This document shows positions 54,700 through 63,636 of a DNA stretch of 64,000 nucleotides, piece after piece. The stretch spans positions 96,001-160,000 of the IMG/VR virus record IMGVR_UViG_3300045988_167206, one strand, 5' to 3'. This stretch comes from a virus. Position 1 is the stretch's first letter; every line of letters begins with the position of its first letter. The notes beneath the pieces are model-generated. The model searched no databases and was not told the origin of the DNA. It saw only the letters and a list, made by a program, of their open reading frames with translations. The position numbers and the translations under genes were made by a program.

Positions 54700-55002
54700 A
54701 TGACATTTAAAGAATGGTTAAAAGAGGCTGTAAGTAAAAGAAGTGATGATTATAAAAATCTTCTTCCAGAATTAGAATTAATAGATGGTACAAAATTGTC
54801 AGTGCAGGCATCAGAATTTCATATGTGTATGCCAAGAAAGAAATTAAAAGACGGAAATTATGATAGTGTTGAGGTGTATACACATGGAGTTGAAATTAAA
54901 GAGTTAAATGAAATGTTCTGGGAGATGTCTCCATATGTTTATGGATATGTATCAGTAGAATTTATGGAAACATTATGTATGCTACACGGTGGTATTAGAT
55001 GA
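54700..55002 (+). CDS. hypothetical protein (100 aa)
   Basis: ORF with SD. Confidence 0.6.
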   Translation: MTFKEWLKEAVSKRSDDYKNLLPELELIDGTKLSVQASEFHMCMPRKKLKDGNYDSVEVYTHGVEIKELNEMFWEMSPYVYGYVSVEFMETLCMLHGGIR

Positions 55003-55094
55003 AATTCTTTTGTTGTAACTGTATGGCAGGAATTGATAGAGGGTATGATCAGTCACCACATGGATTAATTGATGCATGGAATAAGAGAGTATAA
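54999..55094 (+). CDS. 31-aa ORF resembling the C-terminal half of Lar-family restriction-alleviation proteins
   Basis: MKFFCCNCMAGIDRGYDQSPHGLIDAWNKRV carries the C..C...AWN(K/R)R ending typical of the family. The N-terminal CPFCG half is absent. Confidence 0.3.
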   Translation: MKFFCCNCMAGIDRGYDQSPHGLIDAWNKRV

Positions 55095-55106
55095 GGAGAA
55101 ATTATA

Positions 55107-55328
55107 ATGGATGGAAATATATTTGCGGTATATACAAAAGAAGATAAGAATATTGGAATGTGTGCAATAGCAGAAAAGATTCCTAAAAGTAATAATCTTG
55201 TAAGTTATTTTAAGAGTTGTGTTACATTCAATGTATTCGATACATGGAAAGAAGCAAAAGAAATAGAGAAAGAGTGGAATATCGGATTCTTAAAGAATGG
55301 GGAACAGAAACATTATTCGGAATGGTAA
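55107..55328 (+). CDS. hypothetical protein (73 aa)
   Basis: ORF with AAGGAG SD. Confidence 0.55.
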   Translation: MDGNIFAVYTKEDKNIGMCAIAEKIPKSNNLVSYFKSCVTFNVFDTWKEAKEIEKEWNIGFLKNGEQKHYSEW

Positions 55329-55367
55329 ATAAAATAAAATTTTATGAAGGAAGTGTAAATAAGTTGT

Positions 55368-55511
55368 ATGGATTTTTTAGAAGAGAAATGGATTAAAGAT
55401 GGTTGTCATATTGATGAAACGCCAGATTATGAAATGGAAGATAAAGAAAGATTAAAAGATGCGTTACGTGCATTAGATAGAACACTTGACAATTTCAAAA
55501 ATAGAAAGTGA
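55368..55511 (+). CDS. hypothetical protein (47 aa)
   Basis: Small ORF below the track cutoff. Confidence 0.4.
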   Translation: MDFLEEKWIKDGCHIDETPDYEMEDKERLKDALRALDRTLDNFKNRK

Positions 55512-55521
55512 GGAATAAAAC

Positions 55522-55743
55522 ATAAAAGTAGAATTAAATCAGATATTTACAGTAAACAAAGGAAACAGAACGGTTAAATGGAAAGTTATAGAACATCCGT
55601 ATTTTGATAGATTGATACTTGTCAAAGATTACTCTGGGTTATACGGAAGAATGAAAAATGGAGTTTGTAAGGAAGATTATAACCATGTAAACGGATATAC
55701 AACTTTAGAAACGGCTTATGAAGATGCTTTTATTATGAGTTAA
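55522..55743 (+). CDS. hypothetical protein (73 aa), possibly initiated at ATA
   Basis: The open frame begins right after an in-frame TAA at 55516. GAGG lies 8 nt upstream of the ATA at 55522. The first canonical start, a TTG, lies 105 nt further in. Confidence 0.35.
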   Translation: MKVELNQIFTVNKGNRTVKWKVIEHPYFDRLILVKDYSGLYGRMKNGVCKEDYNHVNGYTTLETAYEDAFIMS

Positions 55744-55784
55744 TGAAACGATAATTTCAGGTTGAGAAAGGTTAGGTAATTATA

Positions 55785-55970
55785 ATGACAGTCGAAGACG
55801 TAATTAAAAAAGAAACAAATGTAAAAAGAATTGGTTTCAGAAGTATTCGGAATGGTAAAATTATTGAGTATTATAAAAAACCAAGTGATATCCCGAAGAA
55901 TAAGATGTGCCAAGCCACACCAGGATATATAAATATTTATGGATATTTAACAATTGATGTTCATTTTTAA
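55785..55970 (+). CDS. hypothetical protein (61 aa)
   Basis: ORF with SD. Confidence 0.5.
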   Translation: MTVEDVIKKETNVKRIGFRSIRNGKIIEYYKKPSDIPKNKMCQATPGYINIYGYLTIDVHF

Positions 55971-55988
55971 GAAGGAGAAAATCTTGTA

Positions 55989-56507
55989 ATGACAACAGAA
56001 CGAACAAAACTTAGAGGATATGAAGTAGTTTTCTACCATAAAGGTTATAGACTTCATGCCGGAAATCCAAAAATTTTTCCGGTCCGAAAACCATCCGAAA
56101 TATACAAGAAACATTATGAGGAATATCCATGGTTCGACCACGAATTATGCATTGAAGAAACAGAATATGAAGGCGTTCCATTGAGTCCATACAATACTTA
56201 TAACGGAAGGGATATCATTGACAGAGAACACTATTTTGGCCTTGATGCTTGTGAAATTGGTGATTATTTTTCAAGAGATATGATTAATTATTTTATGGAT
56301 ATGCTTCCACCAGCTTGTATGAGAAGCGATTGTTTCCAGATGGGAGAACCTGTTTCGCATAAACTTAACGATAATGGAAAATATGCAGCAACGTATCCGA
56401 CATTTAAACAAATCTCAGAAGATATTTGGGAATATTGTGGAGATTGTTTTAGAGGAGAAAATTCTCAACATGGACAAAGAATAATGGCTCCATATGTTTA
56501 TATTTAA
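55989..56507 (+). CDS. hypothetical protein (172 aa)
   Basis: ORF with AAGGAG SD. Confidence 0.6.
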   Translation: MTTERTKLRGYEVVFYHKGYRLHAGNPKIFPVRKPSEIYKKHYEEYPWFDHELCIEETEYEGVPLSPYNTYNGRDIIDREHYFGLDACEIGDYFSRDMINYFMDMLPPACMRSDCFQMGEPVSHKLNDNGKYAATYPTFKQISEDIWEYCGDCFRGENSQHGQRIMAPYVYI

Positions 56508-56524
56508 GGAAGAAGGAGATTAAC

Positions 56525-56716
56525 ATGGATAAGAGATTTGAAGAATTAAAAAGTGAATTATTTATGTGGGGACAAGATCGTATTGAAGAGTTTCTTGGAT
56601 ATGAAATCAATCCGGATTGGGACAAAGATACGATCGACAATGCTATGGATGAAACTTATATGCAGATGCCCGAAGATGAACTTGAAGTATTTTATCAGCA
56701 GTATCTTATTGAGTAA
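56525..56716 (+). CDS. EEFLGYE-module small protein (63 aa)
   Basis: RIEEFLGYEINPDW...MPEDELEVFYQQY is paralogous to the C-terminus of 53226-53597. Confidence 0.6.
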   Translation: MDKRFEELKSELFMWGQDRIEEFLGYEINPDWDKDTIDNAMDETYMQMPEDELEVFYQQYLIE

Positions 56717-56815
56717 GAGATTTTTAGATGGAGTTAAATATATAACAGAGCAGAATTTGATGAAATGACAGAAAGAAATCTTTAAACTGATTGAGGGAAA
56801 GGAAGGAAATTGATT

Positions 56816-57253
56816 ATGGATATCAATAATTTAACAAAAGAGCAGGCGATTGCAGAACATAGAAAAATGTGGAATTGGATCGCTGATAGATTAGAGAATT
56901 ATAATGATCCTGGTTATGATATTCATATGTATAAAGTGAAATATATAAAAGAAAACTTTCCACATAATGATATTAGACACGATTGTTTTTGTTGTCATTA
57001 CGCTGTGCAAGAAAATGATGGTAATGTTTTTACTAATTATTGTATTAACTGTCCACTGATTTGGGGTACGGAAGATAATACAGATGAATTCTTCTGTGAG
57101 CAAGGCAATCGTGATATTCCATTCGAAGATATGTATTTGTTTGGTGAAGAAGGATATGGATTATGGAATTACGCACAGAGCTTAACAAAGAATCATGACT
57201 ACGATGAAGCTGCTAAGGTCGCAAGGCAGATAGCAAATTTGCCGGAAAGGTGA
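56816..57253 (+). CDS. Cys-rich hypothetical protein
   Basis: CFCCHY...CINCPLIWG...FCEQG; start moved to the ATG behind AAGGAAGG. Confidence 0.6.
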   Translation: MDINNLTKEQAIAEHRKMWNWIADRLENYNDPGYDIHMYKVKYIKENFPHNDIRHDCFCCHYAVQENDGNVFTNYCINCPLIWGTEDNTDEFFCEQGNRDIPFEDMYLFGEEGYGLWNYAQSLTKNHDYDEAAKVARQIANLPER

Positions 57254-57259
57254 TTGATT

Positions 57260-57430
57260 ATGTTTAATACTACAGTACCATTAAGAATTTATGAAAATGT
57301 AAAGAAATACTTTGAAAAACATAATATGTCATATGATGTGCAGGAAATTATTCCGGATTTATTACTTTTATGTATGATCGGTTTACGGAAGTGGCTCCTA
57401 TTATGTTTTATTGATTCGGAAGGGAGATAA
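57260..57430 (+). pseudogene. truncated or diverged paralog of 58122-58433
   Basis: VKKYFEKHNMSYDVQEIIP here versus VRKYFKENNMPYEVQEIIP at 58122. Similarity ends after EIIP, and the remaining 24 aa look like out-of-frame sequence. Confidence 0.45.
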
Positions 57431-57432
57431 TT

Positions 57433-58077
57433 ATGAAATTATTGTTGGAAAACATTGCAGATATTCAAGAGATATATGGAACACGTATTATCTATAACAA
57501 TGTATCATGTATCAAAAATATTATTAATAAGGATATGTTTAATAAATGTTTGATTTATAGTGAATCCAAAAATCATAAAATCAAAGGCAATATTAAATGC
57601 AGACCAATGAATACAGATTGGAAGACAGAATGTAAAGAAAACATGTTCTGGTTTCAGGACACATTGGAAGACATGAAACAAATGCACCCATTTATGGATG
57701 ACCGTCTGTTTGATCTTCGTCAAAAACTTCTTGATTTTGCTGGGGAAGTTGTCTGTCTTCCTGCTTACGAAGAAGACCTTGACAACATCTTGAATTATGG
57801 TCAGTTCTGGGTTGGTAACAACGTAAAATTAATGCGTGGTGAACCAAGTCAATGTCATGCAAATTCATGTAATCTCTGGGAACAAAACAAAAATGCTACA
57901 CGCATCTGTACCGGATATGCATTATCTGACGATGGAATGTGGCGTCAGCATAGTTGGCTTGTATGGCACAAAGCCCGTTCCAACCAGATTGTTGAGACAA
58001 CTGTAAAACGCATTGTTTACTATGGCTTTGTCATGCCTTATGATATGTGTCAGAAATTTGCAGATGACAATTTTTAA
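57433..58077 (+). CDS. hypothetical protein (214 aa)
   Basis: ORF with GGGAG SD. Confidence 0.6.
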   Translation: MKLLLENIADIQEIYGTRIIYNNVSCIKNIINKDMFNKCLIYSESKNHKIKGNIKCRPMNTDWKTECKENMFWFQDTLEDMKQMHPFMDDRLFDLRQKLLDFAGEVVCLPAYEEDLDNILNYGQFWVGNNVKLMRGEPSQCHANSCNLWEQNKNATRICTGYALSDDGMWRQHSWLVWHKARSNQIVETTVKRIVYYGFVMPYDMCQKFADDNF

Positions 58078-58121
58078 TATAACTATGATAGTAAATTAAT
58101 TTGGGAGTGAAATAATTAATT

Positions 58122-58433
58122 ATGGTTAATATTACTATTGTTCCAGTATCAATTAATAATCCTGTGTATGATCATGTAAGGAAATATTTCAAGGAAAATA
58201 ATATGCCTTACGAAGTACAGGAAATTATTCCAAATGGAAGCCCATTTAATCATAATCTTTATATTGTGATTGCAAAACATACTAATTATCCAGAGATCAA
58301 AAAATCGTACGGTGGTGGTCCATGGGTTGTCTGGAGCAGCTGGAATGAAAGCACACAGTGCTTAAATCACGGCCATTACGATATAGTGGATTATGATAAG
58401 GCATACGCACTTGCGATGGAATTAAGAGCGTAA
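58122..58433 (+). CDS. hypothetical protein (103 aa)
   Basis: Full-length member of the 57260 paralog pair. Confidence 0.6.
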   Translation: MVNITIVPVSINNPVYDHVRKYFKENNMPYEVQEIIPNGSPFNHNLYIVIAKHTNYPEIKKSYGGGPWVVWSSWNESTQCLNHGHYDIVDYDKAYALAMELRA

Positions 58434-58448
58434 GAAAGGTGTGAGATA

Positions 58449-58904
58449 ATGTACAAGCTTGAGACTTATATAAAAGAAGACAGAATACCGTATATGGTTA
58501 AAACAGAAATTTGTAATGAAAAAATTACTGTAAATACTCCAAAAAAAGTATTCAACATGCTTAATACATATTTTAATCTTGGATTAAGATCAGAAGAATA
58601 TGTATATATGATTTCAATGGATGCTAAATGCAATATCATTGGAATATTTGAAATATCACATGGGATCATTAATCAATCAATGTTGAACCCAAGAGAAATT
58701 TTTATGAAAGCTTTGTTATCTGGAGCAGCTTCAATTATTTTAGCACATAATCATCCAAGTGGTAATTGCTCTCCGTCACAAGAAGATCGTAATTGTTGTA
58801 ATAGAATACATGAAGTTGGAGAAATGTTAGGTATTGAATTATCTGATTTTCTTGTTGTAAGTGAAAAAACATATTGTTCTTTTAAAGAAAAAGCATATTT
58901 GTGA
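58449..58904 (+). CDS. radC: RadC-like JAB-domain protein
   Basis: ILAHNHPSGNCSPSQEDRNCCNRI is the JAMM/RadC motif. Confidence 0.85.
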   Translation: MYKLETYIKEDRIPYMVKTEICNEKITVNTPKKVFNMLNTYFNLGLRSEEYVYMISMDAKCNIIGIFEISHGIINQSMLNPREIFMKALLSGAASIILAHNHPSGNCSPSQEDRNCCNRIHEVGEMLGIELSDFLVVSEKTYCSFKEKAYL

Positions 58905-58915
58905 GGTAAAAAGAT

Positions 58916-59113
58916 ATGAAGGTGCTGGTAACTGTAACAGAAACTTATACACATACATATTGTGTGGAAGCTAAGTCGAAAGAAGATGCCGAAAGATATG
59001 CAGAAGATAAAGGTTTGGATTGCAATGTCTTTAATGATGATTGTGAAACAGAATACGAAGCAAGATTACCTAAAGGCGAAGACCTTAGTATGTATGAATA
59101 TGTGAAGGATTGA
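58916..59113 (+). CDS. DpnD/PcfM-like small protein (65 aa)
   Basis: VTVTETYTHTYCVEAKSKEDAERYAEDKG. Confidence 0.5.
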   Translation: MKVLVTVTETYTHTYCVEAKSKEDAERYAEDKGLDCNVFNDDCETEYEARLPKGEDLSMYEYVKD

Positions 59114-59114
59114 G

Positions 59115-59312
59115 GTGGACGAGATTATGTGGAATGATAGTTATGATATTACGCCGGATGAATTAAGTCAGATCATGGATATGTGTCGAAAAAATTGGAC
59201 ATGTACAAGATTTGAACCAGGAGAAACTTTATATATCCTTCTTTGTAGAGTAGATGAAGATGATATTGAAAATATAGTTGATAAAAAAGAATTTGAATTT
59301 GTGAAATGTTAG
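59115..59312 (+). CDS. hypothetical protein (65 aa)
   Basis: GTG start in the track (an ATG lies 4 codons in). Confidence 0.5.
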   Translation: MDEIMWNDSYDITPDELSQIMDMCRKNWTCTRFEPGETLYILLCRVDEDDIENIVDKKEFEFVKC

Positions 59313-59330
59313 AAAGGAAAGAGAATAAAA

Positions 59331-59807
59331 ATGAGTAAAGCAATTATTGACGCAATCGCACAGCCAGGAGTTATTGTAGTATTTGATGTAGATGGAGTTC
59401 TTGCACCGTATGAGTGGGGAACTAACTGTCATCACAGTATGTCGGATGATGAATGGGATAGTAGACTTGCATCAGGCGAAGATCTTTACAAGACAATTCA
59501 GCCAGTGAAAACATTACAGAATTTTATTGCACAGAAAAATCCTGATGAAGTATATGTGTGTTCAAAAGCAGCCAATGTAGAAGCGAAATCAAAAAAGGAA
59601 TTCTGTATTAGAGAGTATGGTATTAAGCCGGAAAACATTCGCTTGGTAAAAAAGAAATCTGATAAGTTGACATTACTGAATTCACTCAGGGACGAGCTTA
59701 ATATTCCAGAAAATCAGATCGCTATTGTAGAAGATACAGTTGAAACATTGGACATGATTGCTGATAAAAATAATTATAAAACAATTCATGTGTCATCATT
59801 CTTGTAA
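59331..59807 (+). CDS. HAD-superfamily hydrolase-like protein
   Basis: VVFDVDGVLAP carries the DxDxV motif I. The 158-aa size is compatible with a nucleotidase-type HAD. Confidence 0.5.
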   Translation: MSKAIIDAIAQPGVIVVFDVDGVLAPYEWGTNCHHSMSDDEWDSRLASGEDLYKTIQPVKTLQNFIAQKNPDEVYVCSKAANVEAKSKKEFCIREYGIKPENIRLVKKKSDKLTLLNSLRDELNIPENQIAIVEDTVETLDMIADKNNYKTIHVSSFL

Positions 59808-59845
59808 TAAAGAATTCACATTTTTCTTATGAAAGGAGAATTAAT

Positions 59846-60541
59846 ATGGCAGACATAAGAGAAAAAATTCAGAAACTGTTGGCATTATCAAAATCTCCGA
59901 ATGAACATGAAGCATATGCAGCACTGGTTAAAGCAAGAGAATTAATCGCAAAAAACAAGCTGGATGAAATAGATTTTGAAGATAAAGAAAAAAAGAAAGT
60001 AATTAAAACAATGGAGCTTACTGGAATTTCTTACAGTATGAGACGCAATCCCTGGATGAATGATCTTAAAGAAGTAATTGCTGAGAATTATTGTTGTAAG
60101 AGTTTTGCGAAACGCATAAAAAAGACGAGATATATAAAATTTATGGGTTTAGAAGAAGATGTTGATATGTGTACAGATGTATTTTGGTATGCATTAAATT
60201 GTATTAATGACGGAATTGAGAAAGAAAAGAAAAAATATAAAGGAGCCAAAACGAAAGATTTAACAATCATAGCAAACAGTTATGGTTTTGGGTTTATTGA
60301 TGGACTCAAACAGGCATTCGAAAAACAGAATCAGGAAAATGAAAAAGGATGGGGATTGGTTTTAACTGTTCCAGAAGAGGTAATAGATAGAGTAAATGAA
60401 TTATGTGGGAAACCTAAAAAATTATCATGTAAAGCAGCAAATGAAATTCATCCGGATACATACAGTGCCGGTTATGCCGAAGGAAAACAATTTACAACAA
60501 GAAAGAAATTAGGTGAAGAGAATGAAAAAATTGAATCCTAA
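59846..60541 (+). CDS. DUF2786-domain protein
   Basis: IREKIQKLLALSKSPNEHEAYAALVKARELIAKNKLDE is the typical DUF2786 N-terminus. Confidence 0.7.
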   Translation: MADIREKIQKLLALSKSPNEHEAYAALVKARELIAKNKLDEIDFEDKEKKKVIKTMELTGISYSMRRNPWMNDLKEVIAENYCCKSFAKRIKKTRYIKFMGLEEDVDMCTDVFWYALNCINDGIEKEKKKYKGAKTKDLTIIANSYGFGFIDGLKQAFEKQNQENEKGWGLVLTVPEEVIDRVNELCGKPKKLSCKAANEIHPDTYSAGYAEGKQFTTRKKLGEENEKIES

Positions 60542-60782
60542 TGAACAAGAATATCTTCATGGATTAAATAATGAAGTAATGTCTAATATTAACAACGCAA
60601 TAGATTTATTATGTAAAAGCAAATATTTATTAGAACGTTGTGAAGTATACGCATTAGAAACAAGTGCTATTAATGATAGGATTTCACAAGCAATAACTAT
60701 GGCAATTAGCGCAAGGATTAGATCTGGAGAATTTAGGGAAGAAATAAGTAGCGGAGAAATTTCAACAGAGGGATTTTATTAA
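60522..60782 (+). CDS. hypothetical protein
   Basis: Start moved to MKKLNPNEQ. Confidence 0.5.
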   Translation: MKKLNPNEQEYLHGLNNEVMSNINNAIDLLCKSKYLLERCEVYALETSAINDRISQAITMAISARIRSGEFREEISSGEISTEGFY

Positions 60783-60797
60783 AAAGAGAGAAATAAA

Positions 60798-61034
60798 ATG
60801 GATATATATAAATTTGCAATAATGACTATTTCATTAGATATTTTGATAAATATACATATAGCGACCACAATGATGAAAATACCAGAATTTAATTGGAAAC
60901 ATGAAAAATTATCAATAATCGTGCATACATTCATTATTGTTATATTTTTTGTAGCATGGTTTTATGTTTTTGTATATTCGGATTGGATTTATATTTGGCT
61001 TCATAATTTAAGTGAAAAAACTATGAAAATTTAA
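60798..61034 (+). CDS. two-TM membrane protein (78 aa)
   Basis: Hydrophobic segments FAIMTISLDILINIHIA and IIVHTFIIVIFFVAWFYVFVY. Confidence 0.55.
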   Translation: MDIYKFAIMTISLDILINIHIATTMMKIPEFNWKHEKLSIIVHTFIIVIFFVAWFYVFVYSDWIYIWLHNLSEKTMKI

Positions 61035-61052
61035 GAAAGCATGAAATAAATA

Positions 61053-61238
61053 ATGAAAAAGGTTAGTGAGGAATATAAAAAAAGAACAGAAGAATGGTTG
61101 GATGAACGATGGTGGTTTACACAAATGGAAGATGCTAGACCGCAAGAAATGAGCTATTATCTAGGAGCCGTAAAAGCACTTGAATTTCTTGGATTTGATT
61201 GGGTACGAGACGAACACGGCAAGCATACGATTTATTAA
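61053..61238 (+). CDS. hypothetical protein (61 aa)
   Basis: ORF from the track; weak SD. Confidence 0.45.
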   Translation: MKKVSEEYKKRTEEWLDERWWFTQMEDARPQEMSYYLGAVKALEFLGFDWVRDEHGKHTIY

Positions 61239-61261
61239 AAATTTTTAAGGAGGGTGTTCAT

Positions 61262-61477
61262 ATGAAATATTATATACCGTTTACATATGGAAGATATGGA
61301 AAAATTTGTATAGAAGCAGATAATCCTAAAGAAGCTGTCGATAAAGCAAAAACAGAATTAAGTGTAATAAGTGAAATAGATTTAAACAGGATATCTGCAT
61401 ATCTTGCAGATTCATTGGAAATTGATAAAGACGGGGTTATTCTAGATGAGTGTGGAAATATTGTTGGGGTGATTTAA
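61262..61477 (+). CDS. DpnD/PcfM-like small protein (71 aa)
   Basis: Start moved behind AAGGAGGG; FTYGRYGKICIEADNPKEAVDKAK. Confidence 0.5.
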   Translation: MKYYIPFTYGRYGKICIEADNPKEAVDKAKTELSVISEIDLNRISAYLADSLEIDKDGVILDECGNIVGVI

Positions 61478-61478
61478 A

Positions 61479-61739
61479 ATGGAAAAAAAATATTATGCAT
61501 TTTGGAAATATGATAGTGTCCCATATTTACTCGGTGGAGAAATAGAAGAATTTAAATCAGACGGACGAGTAAAAATTAAAGGATTTACAGGAATACTATT
61601 TCATCCAGTGAAAATTGTACCATTGGCGACAGGAATTAAACTTAAGAAACTTCTCGATATAGCAGAAGCAAATTATAGTATAAAATATCAACAAATTGAT
61701 AGAGAGTTGAAGTCTGTAATCGATAAAATTTGTGAATAA
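61479..61739 (+). CDS. hypothetical protein (86 aa)
   Basis: ORF with SD. Confidence 0.55.
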   Translation: MEKKYYAFWKYDSVPYLLGGEIEEFKSDGRVKIKGFTGILFHPVKIVPLATGIKLKKLLDIAEANYSIKYQQIDRELKSVIDKICE

Positions 61740-61752
61740 AGGAGAATTAGCT

Positions 61753-61935
61753 ATGACACATTGCTATATTTGTGAAAAGTCAGATATAACTAATCCAAAT
61801 GTAAAAATAACATATTGTGGAAAAAAGAAAGGAAAAAGAGTACAGAAAACAATAAGAATTTGTAATACTTGTGCAGCTATGATGACAGATGAAGAAATAA
61901 AAGATCAGGTTAGAGATTGGGAAAGATGGGATTAA
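61753..61935 (+). CDS. Zn-ribbon protein (60 aa)
   Basis: CYICEK...CNTCA; start moved behind AAGGAG. Confidence 0.5.
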   Translation: MTHCYICEKSDITNPNVKITYCGKKKGKRVQKTIRICNTCAAMMTDEEIKDQVRDWERWD

Positions 61936-61938
61936 ATT

Positions 61939-62319
61939 ATGCAGATGGTAAATCAGGGAATTATTTCTATTCCAAAAGAATGGGAAGGTGCATTGAAATT
62001 TTGTTTACGATGTGTTGGTATGGACGAAGAAGCAGTTGATATTACAGTTGAAAATGATAAGGCAATTGCTAATATTGAAGAATACTATGGAGATATTGAA
62101 GAAAGTTTAAAAGATTTGGTAGATATGTTTGTCGCTGCGGATGTTCCGATCGATATAGACATTGAATACTATGGTGATTATAACGGAGCGTATAAAGTTG
62201 AAAATGATGAATTAATTTGTCTGGACGCTGAAGATTTGGCAGTAAAAAAATCTAATGACGATGAGCTGATTAAAGAATTGGAGCGTAGAGGATATCAAGT
62301 AGTTAAGCGTAAGAAATAA
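61939..62319 (+). CDS. hypothetical acidic protein (126 aa)
   Basis: ORF from the track. Confidence 0.6.
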   Translation: MQMVNQGIISIPKEWEGALKFCLRCVGMDEEAVDITVENDKAIANIEEYYGDIEESLKDLVDMFVAADVPIDIDIEYYGDYNGAYKVENDELICLDAEDLAVKKSNDDELIKELERRGYQVVKRKK

Positions 62320-62320
62320 A

Positions 62321-62333
62321 TGTAAAATTTAAA
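62321..62333 (+). promoter_or_regulatory. GTAAAATTTAA motif copy
   Basis: TGTAAAATTTAAA, 38 nt upstream of the ATG at 62372. Confidence 0.5.
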
Positions 62334-62371
62334 AATATATTAACGAATTAAGGAAAAGGAGATTGATAATT

Positions 62372-62629
62372 ATGAAACAGATTATAAAATTTATAGACAC
62401 AGATGTTGATGGCTGTGGCACAAATATAGAAATAATGATTCAAATTAAAGGTAAACATAAAATAACAAATGAAGTCATTCGAAGAACAGAAGATGTTATT
62501 GAAAAATATAAAAAAGAAAATAAAGAAGAATGGGATACTGATAGCATTATCAATATAGCATGTGAACATTTAAAAACAGAAGGTTATACATGCTACTACA
62601 TTGTAGAAGAAGCAACAATTGAATTTTAA
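62372..62629 (+). CDS. hypothetical protein (85 aa)
   Basis: Start moved behind AAAGGAG. Confidence 0.55.
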   Translation: MKQIIKFIDTDVDGCGTNIEIMIQIKGKHKITNEVIRRTEDVIEKYKKENKEEWDTDSIINIACEHLKTEGYTCYYIVEEATIEF

Positions 62630-62661
62630 ATTAAATATTTACTATAAAGGAGATTGATATT

Positions 62662-63636
62662 ATGATGACAAATTTAAACGGAACAAGAAGAACAAATAAT
62701 GTTACACATGTAGAAACAATGTTTGATGCAAGAAAAACTCCATGGGACGGTCTTGGTAGAGAAATTGCAGGAGCTGTAACATCTAAAGATGCACTTAGAC
62801 TTGCACAGTTAGATTGGTATGTAAAAAGCAGATCGGTTAAAGATTCTACAACTGGAAATATTATTCCGAACTGGAAAGCAAATGTAAGAGATATTGATAA
62901 TAGCGTACTTGGTATGGTGTCCGGTAGATATCAGATTGTGCAGAATGACGAAGCGTTTGCATTTACAGATGCTCTTCTGGGCGAAGGCGTTACATATGAA
63001 ACAGCCGGATCCTTAAATGGCGGCAGAAAGGTATGGATGCTTGCTAGACTTGATGGAAGAGATATTGCCGGAGAGAAGATTGATCCTTATCTGGTATTTA
63101 CTAATAGCCATGATGGAAAGGGATCCGTAAGAGTAGCGATCACACCGATCAGAGTATGGTGCAGTAATACTCTTAACCTGGCATTAAAAAGAGCACAGCG
63201 TCAGTGGAGTTGTACTCATACAGGAGATATCAACGGTAAGCTCGAAGATGCCAGGATGACTATTATTAATAGTGAAAAATATCTTGGTGCTCTTAAAGAC
63301 GAATTTGAAACCTTAAAGCTGAAGAAGATCACGAAAGATAAAATGTTCGAATTCACAAAAGAGCTTCTTCCGCTTGATGAAGTGAGAGATACAGTATTAA
63401 AAGCAAATAATATTGAGCGTGATAGAGAAATGCTTATGCAGTGTTGGGATGCACCGGATCTCCAGCAGACAGAGAATAGTTTATTTAAGTTTGTCAATGC
63501 TGTATCAGATTTCTCTACTCATAGACCTGCAAAAAGAATTACAGAAACAGGACAGCAGAATAGATTCATGAAGGTAGTTAATGGAGACGACCTGATTGAT
63601 AAAGCGTATAAGATCGCACAGAGGGAGCTGATTTAA
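62662..63636 (+). CDS. DUF932 (phage/plasmid-like protein) family
   Basis: VETMFDARKTPWDGLG...DALRLAQLDWYVK...RYQIVQNDEAF...GGRKVW...THSGDI-like core is typical of DUF932. Confidence 0.75.
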   Translation: MMTNLNGTRRTNNVTHVETMFDARKTPWDGLGREIAGAVTSKDALRLAQLDWYVKSRSVKDSTTGNIIPNWKANVRDIDNSVLGMVSGRYQIVQNDEAFAFTDALLGEGVTYETAGSLNGGRKVWMLARLDGRDIAGEKIDPYLVFTNSHDGKGSVRVAITPIRVWCSNTLNLALKRAQRQWSCTHTGDINGKLEDARMTIINSEKYLGALKDEFETLKLKKITKDKMFEFTKELLPLDEVRDTVLKANNIERDREMLMQCWDAPDLQQTENSLFKFVNAVSDFSTHRPAKRITETGQQNRFMKVVNGDDLIDKAYKIAQRELI

